Shown here piece after piece: positions 37,266 through 46,463 of a DNA stretch of 64,000 nucleotides. Positions within the stretch are counted from its first letter, which is position 1. Each line of letters starts with the position of its first letter. This DNA comes from Candidatus Auribacterota bacterium (GTDB lineage Bacteria > Auribacterota > Tritonobacteria > UBA1439). Under the pieces are notes generated by a model. It saw only the letters and a list, made by a program, of their open reading frames with translations, was not told the DNA's origin and searched no databases. The DNA lies in the NCBI GenBank assembly GCA_026392015.1, contig JAPLCW010000172.1, positions 6,320 through 70,319 on the forward strand, written 5' to 3'. The translations under genes were made by a program, and so were the position numbers.

Positions 37266-40178
37266 CTATTTCTTGTAGACGCTCTTCTCGTCGAATGCCT
37301 GGACTCGGTGGTTTTGCGTGTCGGCGATGTACACGCGCCCACCACGGATTGCGATGCCGATCGGGATGTTGAAATCACCCGGCTTGAACCCCTTCCCGGA
37401 CCAGAGTCCGAGGAGAGTGCCTGAGGAATCGAAAATTTGGATCCTGTTATTCCGGCTGTCGGTGACCCAGACCCTGCTCTTCGCGTCGACCGCGACGAAA
37501 GGCTCCGTATAAAACTCCTCCCATCCGAGGACGCCGAACATGCCTAGGAATTTCCCATTCAGATCAAATTTCTGCACGCGCTTGTTGGCGGTGTCGGTCA
37601 CGTACACCACCTCTCCCCTCACCTCTTTCTGCTTCTTCTCCTTGTCCGCCGGCGCAATGATCCCGTTCGGATCAATGGCGACCCCCACCGGCTCACCGAA
37701 CTCGCCCGGCTTCTCCCCTACCCTTTGCTCCTCGCTGCCCCATAAGAGGAGAGACTTCCCCTCGCGGCTGAACTTCTGGATGCGGTGCCTGCCGGTGTCC
37801 GCTACGTAGAGGTTCCCGGCGCTATCGAACGCCAGGCCCTTCGGCGCCCAGAAAACCTCCGGCCCACCCCACTGGAATACAAATTTCCCGGTAGCGTCGA
37901 ATTTCTGAATCCTATGGTTCCACGTGTCAGAAACGTAGACGTTCCCCTCCTGATCCACCGCGATCCCTGTCGGTTGCTCGAACTGCGCCTCACCCTTCCC
38001 CTGCGCGCCGACGCTCAATAAAGGCTTCCCCTCCTTATCGAACTTCTGCCAGCGATGATTCTTCGTGTCGGCGACATAGATCGACCCCTCGCCATCCGCG
38101 CATATCCCCCGCGGCTCATCGAAGCGACCGGGCGCCGAACCGCGCTCGCCGAAGATCAGGGCAGGCTTCACCTGGCCGATGATCTCGTACTTCTCCGGCA
38201 CGATCGGCTTCAGCTTTGGTGTGCCCTCGCCCTCTTTTATCTCCTGCACGGCGCCCATCTTCTCCCCCACGAGATCCTTACGGACGTAGAAGGCGATATC
38301 CTGCGATCCCGCCGGGTCAGGATTCTCACTCCACCAGCCTTTGCGCTTCGTGGGGTTCCACGTCTCGCGGAAGAAGTAGTACTTGAGCCACGCGGCCACG
38401 GGGTTCTTAAGAGTGCTCGCGGGATCCGGGATCCACCAGACCCGCAGCTTCCGCCTCTTCTCAATGTAGTTCGGCTCGAGGATATTGCCGTAGTCCTTCC
38501 TCTTCTCCCAGTCAACCGCCACGACCGCCTTTTGTGTGTTCGTAATCGATCCGGGATGGAACCAGTTCTTGTAGTCGCGCAGGTACCAGGTGAACGGCCA
38601 CGACGATTCGCCCTGCACGCCTATCGCGAAATTTTCGCCCTTGCCCGTTTGCGCGGCGTATTCGGCGATCTCCTTGAGGCACTCCTTGATATCAACGGAC
38701 GTCTGCGTATACACCATCCGCTCCACCGGATTCGCCTCATTGATAAAGCAGAGGCGGAGCGAGGCCTGGAGATAGAGGAGGATGCCTATCATGCAGAGGA
38801 CAACATATGCATTCGCATGCCTTCTGAACCTCTCCGAACGGAGGAACTCATCCATGAAGAGGCTAACCCACAGCACGAGCGGCATGAGGATGTGCATGAG
38901 GAGCCAGGGAACCTTTTCGCCCGCATAGGAGTAGATGAGGGCGCTTGACATGCTCCAGTATGCGAGAAAGGCAGGGAAGCGCCGCCCCTCCTCAAGGTAG
39001 TGGCACACCGCGGTGAACATTATCACGAATATGTAAACGGCGAAAACGATATGGAGCGTGTTCGTCATGTGAAACTTCGTATCCCAGGGGTCAGCGGGGA
39101 GGGTCTGGTGCCAGAAGAGCATGAGCGGGATTCCGATAACCGAGCTGACGAGAAGAATGTTCCGGGAGAGACGCGACGTCTTCAGCAGCGCCACGAGGCC
39201 CGCGAACAGGATGACGAGGAGGGGCAGTTCGTACACGATGGCGAGCGGGCAGAAATAGGTGAACACATCCTTGATGCGCTGGATCTTGTCCTGGTGAACC
39301 CAGTAGCCGAGCGATTTGCGATAGAGCCCGTCTACGAAGCCCCCCGGATTCTGAAAGAAAGAGGTGAAAAAGAGGTAGAAGACTCCAAAAAAGATAGCGA
39401 GCGAAATGAGGATGTCCAGCAGCGGGATTTTTGCCGCGGGTAGTTGCACGACGGCCTCCCCCTCGGCCTTGCCTTCGCCCTCACTTTCGGCATTACCTTC
39501 GGCCTCACCTTCAGCCTCACCCTCGGTGGGCTCGCGTTTGACAAAAAATCTTTCAAATATCCGCATAAAAACGGGAAAACTCACGAAAATAGCGAGAAAG
39601 ATATACGAATTCTCCTTCACGCAGAATACAAAGGCGAACGCGGCGGCAGCACCGTAGAGGAACCCCCTCTTCCGAGTATCAAGGTAGTTCACAAAGAGCG
39701 CGAAGGCAAGGAATGCCCAGAAGGCGACGAAGATATCCTCTCTGAAGAAACGGGAGAAATACATAAAAGTAGGCGAGATGGCAAAGAGCGCAGCCGCGGT
39801 GAGACTGCCGATCTTGCCGAGCCGCCTCCGCAGGAGAAGAGTGCAACAGACCAGGGCGATCCCGAAGACCGCCGATGACGAACGCGCGACGAAATCGCCG
39901 GCGCCGAACAGCGAGAAGAGCATGGCGTCGAGGTAGAACATGAACGGCCCGTGCATCATCGGGTCGTACTTGTACCCTTTGCCGTCGTAGAGGTACCAGG
40001 AGTAGGTCGCATAGAGGCTCTCGTCATGGTGATACGGTTTGAGCTGAAGTCCGTAGACACGGGTAAATATAGTGAATACGATGATGGCCAGGTAGATGGC
40101 CTTGTACCAGTCGAATCGGATGACAAGGTACTCTTTCTCAGGAGCGGCAGAAGCGGTTGGATCTATGTTCTGGTTCAT
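37266..40178 (-). CDS. TIGR03663-like GT-C glycosyltransferase fused to a C-terminal six-bladed NHL-repeat beta-propeller
   Basis: N-terminus: LKPYHHDESLYATYSWYLYDGKGYKYDPMMHGPFMFYL. C-terminus: six repeats of the type F.EP.GIAVD..G.IYVADT.NHRIQKFD. An acidic insert, EGEAEGEAEGNAESEGEGKAEGEA, lies in a loop. Confidence 0.8.
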   Translation of the reverse strand: MNQNIDPTASAAPEKEYLVIRFDWYKAIYLAIIVFTIFTRVYGLQLKPYHHDESLYATYSWYLYDGKGYKYDPMMHGPFMFYLDAMLFSLFGAGDFVARSSSAVFGIALVCCTLLLRRRLGKIGSLTAAALFAISPTFMYFSRFFREDIFVAFWAFLAFALFVNYLDTRKRGFLYGAAAAFAFVFCVKENSYIFLAIFVSFPVFMRIFERFFVKREPTEGEAEGEAEGNAESEGEGKAEGEAVVQLPAAKIPLLDILISLAIFFGVFYLFFTSFFQNPGGFVDGLYRKSLGYWVHQDKIQRIKDVFTYFCPLAIVYELPLLVILFAGLVALLKTSRLSRNILLVSSVIGIPLMLFWHQTLPADPWDTKFHMTNTLHIVFAVYIFVIMFTAVCHYLEEGRRFPAFLAYWSMSSALIYSYAGEKVPWLLMHILMPLVLWVSLFMDEFLRSERFRRHANAYVVLCMIGILLYLQASLRLCFINEANPVERMVYTQTSVDIKECLKEIAEYAAQTGKGENFAIGVQGESSWPFTWYLRDYKNWFHPGSITNTQKAVVAVDWEKRKDYGNILEPNYIEKRRKLRVWWIPDPASTLKNPVAAWLKYYFFRETWNPTKRKGWWSENPDPAGSQDIAFYVRKDLVGEKMGAVQEIKEGEGTPKLKPIVPEKYEIIGQVKPALIFGERGSAPGRFDEPRGICADGEGSIYVADTKNHRWQKFDKEGKPLLSVGAQGKGEAQFEQPTGIAVDQEGNVYVSDTWNHRIQKFDATGKFVFQWGGPEVFWAPKGLAFDSAGNLYVADTGRHRIQKFSREGKSLLLWGSEEQRVGEKPGEFGEPVGVAIDPNGIIAPADKEKKQKEVRGEVVYVTDTANKRVQKFDLNGKFLGMFGVLGWEEFYTEPFVAVDAKSRVWVTDSRNNRIQIFDSSGTLLGLWSGKGFKPGDFNIPIGIAIRGGRVYIADTQNHRVQAFDEKSVYKK

Positions 40179-40285
40179 GTATATTTCCTCATGTTGGTAG
40201 GCGGAATTTATATCAAAAGTGCCGCCGATAGAGAAGGATAATTTCTAAAAATCGTACTCTGTAGGTCTTTTTGGGGTATGCAATT

Positions 40286-40564
40286 CAATTGTCATCCCCG
40301 CGGTAATGGGTCAGTCTTGGGGGGTATCCCTTTCACTTGTCATCCCCGCACTTCGACTGCGCTCAGTGTAAACTCGAGCGGGGATCCACTATGAAATCTG
40401 GATTCCTGCTTTCGCAGGAATGACATATTAAGCAATGTACCCCCCATAAGTGACCCCTTACTCCCCGCGAAACGTGTCCTCGCGAAAGCGGGGAGCGGGG
40501 ATCCAGCGTAAAGAATGTACTCCTGCCGGAGTTTACCCTCGTAAAATCGCGGGCAGGAGTGACG
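40286..40564. repeat. composite of palindromic repeat family 3 copies
   Basis: caattgtcatccccgc... occurs twice, followed by gcaggaatgaca, cccataagtgacccctta and a further gggcaggagtgac arm. Confidence 0.7.
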
Positions 40565-40634
40565 CGCTTGAGAATTGCAGCCCAACAAAGCTGACGCCTT
40601 ACTAAGAACTATATCGCCTCCATTCCGGTGGATC

Positions 40635-40918
40635 AAACCACGAATCGGTCGAATTTCACAAATTACATTCGTTCAATTCGCGTAATTCACGGTTAAATTG
40701 GAATATTCCTCCCTAACCTGATCTATTCACCAACTCAAAACTGACATAACTGCCCAATAGCACAAAAGACTACACGCTTTTAACCACTGAAGACGCTGAG
40801 GTCACTGAACGGTTCACACAACTATCTCATTGATATCTTAATCGCCATTCAGGACGCATTCATTGCCTCAGTGGTTATGTCCCTTTTACTACGGGCGCCT
40901 CGTGAATAATCCAGGCTA
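40635..40918. repeat. cluster of degenerate repeats (family 2 remnant, family 6 palindrome, solo family 2 end)
   Basis: Family 2 remnant: aaccacgaatcggtcgaatt / aattcgcgtaattcacggtt with ctgatctattcaccaac. Family 6 palindrome: aaccactgaagacgctgagg...cctcagtggtt (40782-40875). Solo family 2 end: gtgaataatccaggcta (40902-40918). Confidence 0.6.
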
Positions 40919-40969
40919 AAACTACCCCTTTTATGGAATGGCTTCTCCAGGAGAATCCATTCCACCTCC

Positions 40970-42070
40970 TCAGGAATAGAATGACCGCACCGCATCAACA
41001 ACTGCAGCCACCCCGTCTTCTCCAAGCTCAGGATACATGGGAAGAGAGAGTATCTCACCCGCAACCTGTTCTGCGACAGGGAAATCCCCCTTTTTATGTC
41101 CAAGCTCTTTATACGCCTGCTGAAGATGAATGGGAATCGGGTAATGGACCCCTGTTGCTATTCCTTTGCGGTGGAGGTGATCGGCGAGTGCGTCGCGCTC
41201 CTTTACCCGGATCACATAGAGGTGGTACACATGTCTCACCGATTCGAGTTCACGAGGGCATACCAACGGCAGACCCGTAAACATCTTCCCGTAGAGTTTC
41301 GCCCATTGTCGCCGCGCATCATTCCACTGGCGAAGATGTTTGAGCTTCACGAGCAGAATCGCAGCCTGTATGTTGTCGAGCCGGCTGTTGTGCCCTTTCA
41401 CAAGGTGCTCGTACTTGCCCCTGCGCCCGACATTCCTGAGGACCGCCACCTTTTCTGCGAGCTTCTCGTTTCCCGTCACCACCATTCCCCCATCGCCAAA
41501 TGCTCCGAGGTTCTTCCCGGGATAGAAACTGAAACAACCGATATCGCCGAAACCTCCCACTCGGACACCGTTATACTCGGCGCCGTGGGCCTGGCAGGCA
41601 TCCTCGACAATGGCGAAACCGCGTTCCCGCGCGAGCCGCTTCAGCGGATCCATATCGACCGCCTGACCGTAGAGGTGGACCGGAATTACGGCCCTGGTTC
41701 TGGGCGTGAGCGCTTTCTCCACGTGGCCTGCGGAAAGGTTGTATGTATCCGGATCAGTATCGACGAACACCGGCCTTGCCCCCACCATGCTCACCGCGAG
41801 GGCGGTGGCGATAAAAGTATTTACCGGGACAACAACCTCATCGCCCGGACCGATGCCGAGCGCCTCCAGCGCAAGCTGGAGGGCGTCTGTCCCGGATGCG
41901 ACGCCGACTGCCGCAGATACTCCGCAGAAAGAGGCGAATTCGCGTTCCAACCGCTCAACCTCCGGCCCAAGAACAAACCGCCCATCCGCCATAATCTCGC
42001 GGACGACCGGCTCGACCTCGGCGCCGATCTCTCTGTACTGAGCTCGCAAATCAACAAGTGGAACAGTCAT
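40970..42070 (-). CDS. DegT/DnrJ/EryC1/StrS-family PLP-dependent sugar aminotransferase
   Basis: Trimmed to the ATG at 42070 (MTVPLVDLRAQYREIGAEV), preceded by AAGGA. Motifs GTDALQLAL, FYPGKNLGAFGDGG and EILSLPMYPEL. Confidence 0.85.
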   Translation of the reverse strand: MTVPLVDLRAQYREIGAEVEPVVREIMADGRFVLGPEVERLEREFASFCGVSAAVGVASGTDALQLALEALGIGPGDEVVVPVNTFIATALAVSMVGARPVFVDTDPDTYNLSAGHVEKALTPRTRAVIPVHLYGQAVDMDPLKRLARERGFAIVEDACQAHGAEYNGVRVGGFGDIGCFSFYPGKNLGAFGDGGMVVTGNEKLAEKVAVLRNVGRRGKYEHLVKGHNSRLDNIQAAILLVKLKHLRQWNDARRQWAKLYGKMFTGLPLVCPRELESVRHVYHLYVIRVKERDALADHLHRKGIATGVHYPIPIHLQQAYKELGHKKGDFPVAEQVAGEILSLPMYPELGEDGVAAVVDAVRSFYS

Positions 42071-42088
42071 CCTTATCCTTTCTGGCAA

Positions 42089-42168
42089 TGTGGGAGCGGC
42101 TTCCAGCCGCGCTCGAGCCGAGATAGTCCTCCGACAATGACAATCGGGGCGAGGACGCCCCTCCCACA
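42089..42168. repeat. palindromic repeat family 7
   Basis: TGTGGGAGCGGCTTCCAGCCGCGCTCGAGCC...GGGGCGAGGACGCCCCTCCCACA, with a further CCCTCCCACA half-site at about 42205-42214. Confidence 0.6.
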
Positions 42169-42241
42169 GTATGCTCTTATCTCGATAGCTAAATTGCTCT
42201 CCCCGCCCTCCCACAATTGCGAAGCCTGACTAAAATCATGC

Positions 42242-44854
42242 TCAGGAGGATTTTTTCTTGAATGCAAACTCCCCGCCACGTCCGACATCCACCTCTATCG
42301 TGTCGCCCTCCCTGAATTCCCCTTCGAGCATTTTGAGGGCAAGCGGGTCCTGGAGCGACCGCTGGATGACGCGCTTGAGCGGCCGCGCGCCATAGATGGG
42401 GTCGTAGCCAAGAACGGCGAGCTGCCTCCTGGCGGCATCGGTGACGCGCAGGGAGATCCTGTTATCCTCCAGACGTTTCACGAGGAGCGCGATCTGAATA
42501 TCGACTATCTTTGCGATATCGTCCTTGCTGAGACTCGTAAAAACAACGATTTCATCGACGCGATTCAAAAACTCCGGCCGGAACTGCTCCCTCAGCGCCT
42601 GCATGATCCGCTCACGGACCTTCTCCCTCGACGCCTCCCCCTCCTCCTGAAGCCATCGCGTTCCGATGTTGGATGTCATGATGAGGACCGTGTTCTTGAA
42701 ATCGACCGTGCGCCCCTGACCGTCGGTCAGCCGCCCGTCGTCCATGATCTGGAGCAGGATGTTGAATACATCCGGGTGGGCCTTCTCGATCTCATCGAGC
42801 AGAATCACCGTATAGGGCCTGCGTCGCACGCGCTCGGTGAGCTGCCCCCCCTCCTCAAAGCCGACGTAGCCGGGGGGAGCCCCGATCAGACGCGCCACGG
42901 AGTGCTTCTCCATGTACTCCGACATGTCGATGCGCACCATCGCCGATTCGTTGTCGAAGAGGAACTCGGCGAGCGCCCGCGCGAGTTCCGTCTTTCCCAC
43001 GCCGGTGGGGCCTACAAAGATGAAAGAGCCGATGGGGCGGTTTGGATCCTGCAGCCCCGCGCGCGCGCGGCGCACCGCGTTCGCCACGGCCGCGATCGCG
43101 TCGTCCTGCCCGACGACGCGGCGCCGGAGCCGCTCCTCCATCCGGACAAGTTTCTCTTTCTCCCCCTCGACGAGGCGCGAGACCGGGATGCCGGTCCACT
43201 TCGACACCACCTCGGCGATATCCTCCTCGTCGACCTCCTCCTTGAGCATCCTCTGGTCCTTCTGCAATTCGAGGAGCTTCTTATTCGCCGCCTCCATATC
43301 TTTCTTAAGCTCTGTGAGCACCCCATAGCGGTACTCGGCGGCTTTTGCCAGGTCACCCTGACGCTCCGCGATCTGCTCCTTCGTTTTCGCGTCTTCGATC
43401 CGGCTCTTGATCCCTCTGATCCGGGCGATGGCGTCCTTCTCCGCCTGCCAGTGAGCGCGCATCGCGTCGCGCATCTCCTTGCTCTCCGCCAGGTCTTTTT
43501 CAAGCTTCTTCAGACGTTCTCGCGATGCCTTATCTTTCTCCTTGCCGAGCGCCTGGCGCTCTATCTCGAGCTGGATGATTTTCCTCTCCGCCTCATCGAG
43601 CTCGGTGGGGAGGCTGTCGATCTCCATCCGAAGCTTCGAGGCCGCCTCGTCCATCAGATCGATCGCCTTATCCGGCAGGAATCGGTCGGTGATGTAGCGA
43701 TGCGAGAGTGTCGCGGCTGCGACAAGCGCATTGTCCTGGATCCTGACACCGTGGTGGACCTCGTAGCGTTCCTTCAAACCCCTCAAGATGGCAATCGTGT
43801 CCTCCACGGAAGGCTCTCCGGTAAAGACCGGTTGGAAGCGCCTCTCGAGAGCGGCATCCTTCTCGATATGCTTCCGATACTCATCAAGCGTGGTGGCACC
43901 GATGCAGCGGAGTTCGCCCCTTGCGAGCATCGGCTTCAGCATATTCGATGCGTCCACCGCCCCCTCCGCGGCTCCCGCCCCCACGAGCGTGTGCAACTCA
44001 TCGATAAAGAGAATGATCTCCCCCGCGGCTGCGCCTATCTCCTTGAGCAGCGCCTTCATCCTCTCCTCGAATTCGCCGCGGTACTTGGTCCCCGCAACAA
44101 GCGCGCCGATGTCGAGCGCCCGCAACCTCTTCTCCTTAAGCCCCTCGGGAACATCCCCCGATGCGATCCGCTGCGCGATCCCCTCGACAATCGCGGTCTT
44201 CCCGACCCCGGGCTCGCCGATGAGCACCGGGTTATTCTTTGTCCTCCGGGAGAGCACCTGCATCACTCGTCTGATTTCGTTGTCCCTGCCGATTACCGGA
44301 TCGAGTTTGCCGCGTCTGGCGAGATCGGTGAGGTCTCGGGTGAACCGCTCCAGCACGCGGTATTTGCTCTCGGGGGCCTGGTCGGTGACCCTCTGTCTGC
44401 CGCGCACTTTGACGAGCGCTTTCAGAATCCTCTCCCGGTCGAGTCCATGTCGTGCGAGAAGACCGGCCACATCGCCTGCGACGGGCGATGTCATCGCCAG
44501 AAGGAGGTGCTCCACGCTCACATACTCATCCTTGAGCTTCTCCGCCTCGCGAAACGCTTCGGTAAGGACGGAATGAAGTTCCCTCCCCATGACCGGGGGT
44601 GAGGGCATGGCTCCATGGATACGGGGGATTTTTTTGATCTGCTCGCGCAGCTCGCGTTCCAGGTCAGCAGGGCTCACGCCCGCTTGTTCGATGAGGGGCG
44701 GCGCCACGCCCTCTTGTTGACTCAGGACGGCGCGCATCAGGTGTAGCGGAGAGATCTCTTGCTGATTCTCTTCGCCGGCGATGTGCTGCGCCTCCTGAAT
44801 GGCCTCTTGGGATCGTAGGGTAAGTTTGTCGAACTGCATATCCGGGTGTGACAT
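42242..44854 (-). CDS. clpB: ATP-dependent chaperone/disaggregase ClpB
   Basis: 870 aa. Two AAA+ modules ([16 protein letters not shown]), a long coiled-coil middle domain, and the N-terminus [16 protein letters not shown]. Confidence 0.95.
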   Translation of the reverse strand: MSHPDMQFDKLTLRSQEAIQEAQHIAGEENQQEISPLHLMRAVLSQQEGVAPPLIEQAGVSPADLERELREQIKKIPRIHGAMPSPPVMGRELHSVLTEAFREAEKLKDEYVSVEHLLLAMTSPVAGDVAGLLARHGLDRERILKALVKVRGRQRVTDQAPESKYRVLERFTRDLTDLARRGKLDPVIGRDNEIRRVMQVLSRRTKNNPVLIGEPGVGKTAIVEGIAQRIASGDVPEGLKEKRLRALDIGALVAGTKYRGEFEERMKALLKEIGAAAGEIILFIDELHTLVGAGAAEGAVDASNMLKPMLARGELRCIGATTLDEYRKHIEKDAALERRFQPVFTGEPSVEDTIAILRGLKERYEVHHGVRIQDNALVAAATLSHRYITDRFLPDKAIDLMDEAASKLRMEIDSLPTELDEAERKIIQLEIERQALGKEKDKASRERLKKLEKDLAESKEMRDAMRAHWQAEKDAIARIRGIKSRIEDAKTKEQIAERQGDLAKAAEYRYGVLTELKKDMEAANKKLLELQKDQRMLKEEVDEEDIAEVVSKWTGIPVSRLVEGEKEKLVRMEERLRRRVVGQDDAIAAVANAVRRARAGLQDPNRPIGSFIFVGPTGVGKTELARALAEFLFDNESAMVRIDMSEYMEKHSVARLIGAPPGYVGFEEGGQLTERVRRRPYTVILLDEIEKAHPDVFNILLQIMDDGRLTDGQGRTVDFKNTVLIMTSNIGTRWLQEEGEASREKVRERIMQALREQFRPEFLNRVDEIVVFTSLSKDDIAKIVDIQIALLVKRLEDNRISLRVTDAARRQLAVLGYDPIYGARPLKRVIQRSLQDPLALKMLEGEFREGDTIEVDVGRGGEFAFKKKSS

Positions 44855-44893
44855 GAAATGCGCTGGATCTCCCTCAGCCGGGAGTCCGCGCGA

Positions 44894-45325
44894 TTATTTC
44901 TTCCGACTCCGCTTTTTTTTAGCCCTCTCTCCCCGTTTTTCCAGAACCGATTTTATCTCGCGCATGAGTCCCTCTTCGGTAAACGGCTTCGTCACGTAGC
45001 CATCCGCTCCGAGCTTCAAAGCCTTCTCGATATCGCCCTGTGTGTCGAGTGCGGAGACAATCACTACGGGTATGTTTGCGGTAATGGGGTTCCGTTTAAA
45101 GACGTCGCAGAACCAGTATCCCGAGAAGAACGGCATCATGATGTCCAGAAGGATCAGACGAATATCCCCACTCATGAGTTTTGAGACCGCCTCCACGCCG
45201 TCAGAGGCGACGAGCGAATCGAACCCCTTCTTCTGGAGCATCATGGAGATCATATCGGCGACTTGGCTATCGTCCTCGATGACGAGTATTTTGTCTCTCT
45301 TCGCTGCGGATGATAGCGCGGCCAT
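44894..45325 (-). CDS. stand-alone response-regulator receiver (CheY-like) with Lys/Arg-rich tail
   Basis: ILVIEDD...LILLDIMMP...VVIVSA...ADGYVTKPF. C-terminus EKRGERAKKKRSRKK. Confidence 0.85.
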   Translation of the reverse strand: MAALSSAAKRDKILVIEDDSQVADMISMMLQKKGFDSLVASDGVEAVSKLMSGDIRLILLDIMMPFFSGYWFCDVFKRNPITANIPVVIVSALDTQGDIEKALKLGADGYVTKPFTEEGLMREIKSVLEKRGERAKKKRSRKK

Positions 45326-45419
45326 GAATGAACTCCTTATCCGATTATCATACGAACAATAAGGGGTTGTGTCAAATGTATCCTGTCCAGGAGTTTCCCC
45401 GTTTTTTTTAAAAGATTAA

Positions 45420-45535
45420 TAGTTCACCGCGGAGACGCGGAGCACGCAAAGAGCGATCGCAAAGAATAATTCATAATACCCGCCTCTCTGCATGATCTAT
45501 CATCTCCGCGTCCTCCGCGTCTCCGCGGTGAACTA
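45420..45535. repeat. palindromic repeat (23-nt arms)
   Basis: tagttcaccgcggagacgcggag ... ctccgcgtctccgcggtgaacta. Confidence 0.7.
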
Positions 45536-45789
45536 TATGATCTCTTCTTTTTCCAAACTTGGAGCAGTACAGATGCCATATTTTGTATCTGTCTGGTAAT
45601 TAGATAGTTATGAATTAAGTGTGCAATATTTTGGTGAATCTCCTGTATCCTGTGTCTCGGAACGGCGGATAAATACCCATTTGTCGCGTTCCGAAAATTC
45701 AAACTTCAAAACAAAAATTCAAAATAAATCCCAGGATAGCCATAAGGATTAAGCCGTACGCTATAAGCAACATGCTTGCTGCGTACCAG

Positions 45790-45975
45790 TTAGCGCTGAC
45801 TTGAGTATTGAAATTTGGATTTATCTGAACAGTGAACGCAGCAGACGGGCATGCATCCGCCATCGCAGGTATAGAATACATCACGGTCTCTCTCGAAAGG
45901 CGGGCATGTGACGCACCCGGGCTTCTTCCCGGGGGAGGCCGGAAACGGCCAGGAGATATCCGGAACGGCCCTCAC
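45790..45975 (-). CDS. hypothetical Cys-rich small protein (61 aa), low confidence
   Basis: The GTG start overlaps the upstream stop as GTGA. Seven Cys (CVTC...C...C...CC..C). By eye, GC3 looks higher than in the competing overlapping ORF 45699-45884. Confidence 0.3.
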   Translation of the reverse strand: MRAVPDISWPFPASPGKKPGCVTCPPFERDRDVFYTCDGGCMPVCCVHCSDKSKFQYSSQR

Positions 45976-46175
45976 TCGGCAGCGACGCTGAACTCAACGT
46001 AGTGGAGGGTAATGTCCTCGGCATCAGAGAAGGCGCTGGAGAGCCTCTTCTGGAGATAATCATGGATCTCTTTTCTGTGCCGCTGTACATCGTAGTCCCT
46101 TGTGGTGACATCCACATCCTTTAGCTGAATCTCCGCCTTAAAACTGAACTCCGAGTAAATCCGTACCTTGACCAT
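45972..46175 (-). CDS. hypothetical small protein (67 aa)
   Basis: ATG at 46175 is preceded by AAGGAG. Sequence begins MVKVRIYSEFSFKAEIQLKDVDV...; no family recognised. Confidence 0.45.
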   Translation of the reverse strand: MVKVRIYSEFSFKAEIQLKDVDVTTRDYDVQRHRKEIHDYLQKRLSSAFSDAEDITLHYVEFSVAAE

Positions 46176-46223
46176 AGACCATCTCCTTTTTCGTAAAAGT
46201 TCTAGCTCAACTTTTATATCTCC

Positions 46224-46463
46224 ACCGCGCATTACGCTGATTACGCGAATTTAATTATTATGTAATCCAGGGTCACGTTCATTGAACCACCGAGAACAGC
46301 GAAGACACTGAAATAATATCTCAGCGTTTTCAAAGTCCCCAGCGTGTATTCTTTTCTCATCCGTCCAATCCCTGCCTGCCGGCAGGCAGGCGCGAAGTCC
46401 GCGGTTTCATAAATCAATCCATTATACTTGCTCTTTTATAGTTCCGGCAAATAATCCAGACTA
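46224..46463. repeat. composite repeat: truncated MITE family 2 with nested family 6-like and GC-palindrome inserts
   Basis: accgcgcattacgctgattacgcgaat ... gtccgcggtttcat ... AATAATCCAGAC-TA. The terminal CTA is the hppA stop codon. The interior has gaaccaccgagaacagcgaagacactgaa and the palindrome cctgcctgccggcaggcagg. Confidence 0.6.

Noticed and set aside
40340-40636. 98-aa ORF. Small ORFs also occur at 56588-56829, 33103-33369, 45424-45702 and 62255-62491.
   Set aside because: Their translations are read-throughs of the palindromic repeat families (for example SFLRKQESRFHSGSPLEF). The same peptides recur wherever the repeat occurs, in either orientation.
41096-42229. 377-aa ORF on the + strand.
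   Set aside because: It is antisense to the DegT aminotransferase gene and runs through the family 7 repeat. I recognise no motifs.
42776-44602. 608-aa ORF on the + strand, plus several other long + strand ORFs in 42855-44576.
   Set aside because: It lies entirely antisense to clpB, whose AAA+ motifs are unambiguous. The translation is Arg/Leu/Pro/His-rich, as is typical of shadow ORFs in GC-rich coding DNA.
45699-45884. 61-aa ORF with a C-terminal hydrophobic helix.
   Set aside because: It overlaps the Cys-rich ORF in another frame. Its 3' half runs into AT-rich, apparently non-coding DNA and has lower third-position GC by eye. It is kept only as an alternative in the relevant finding.
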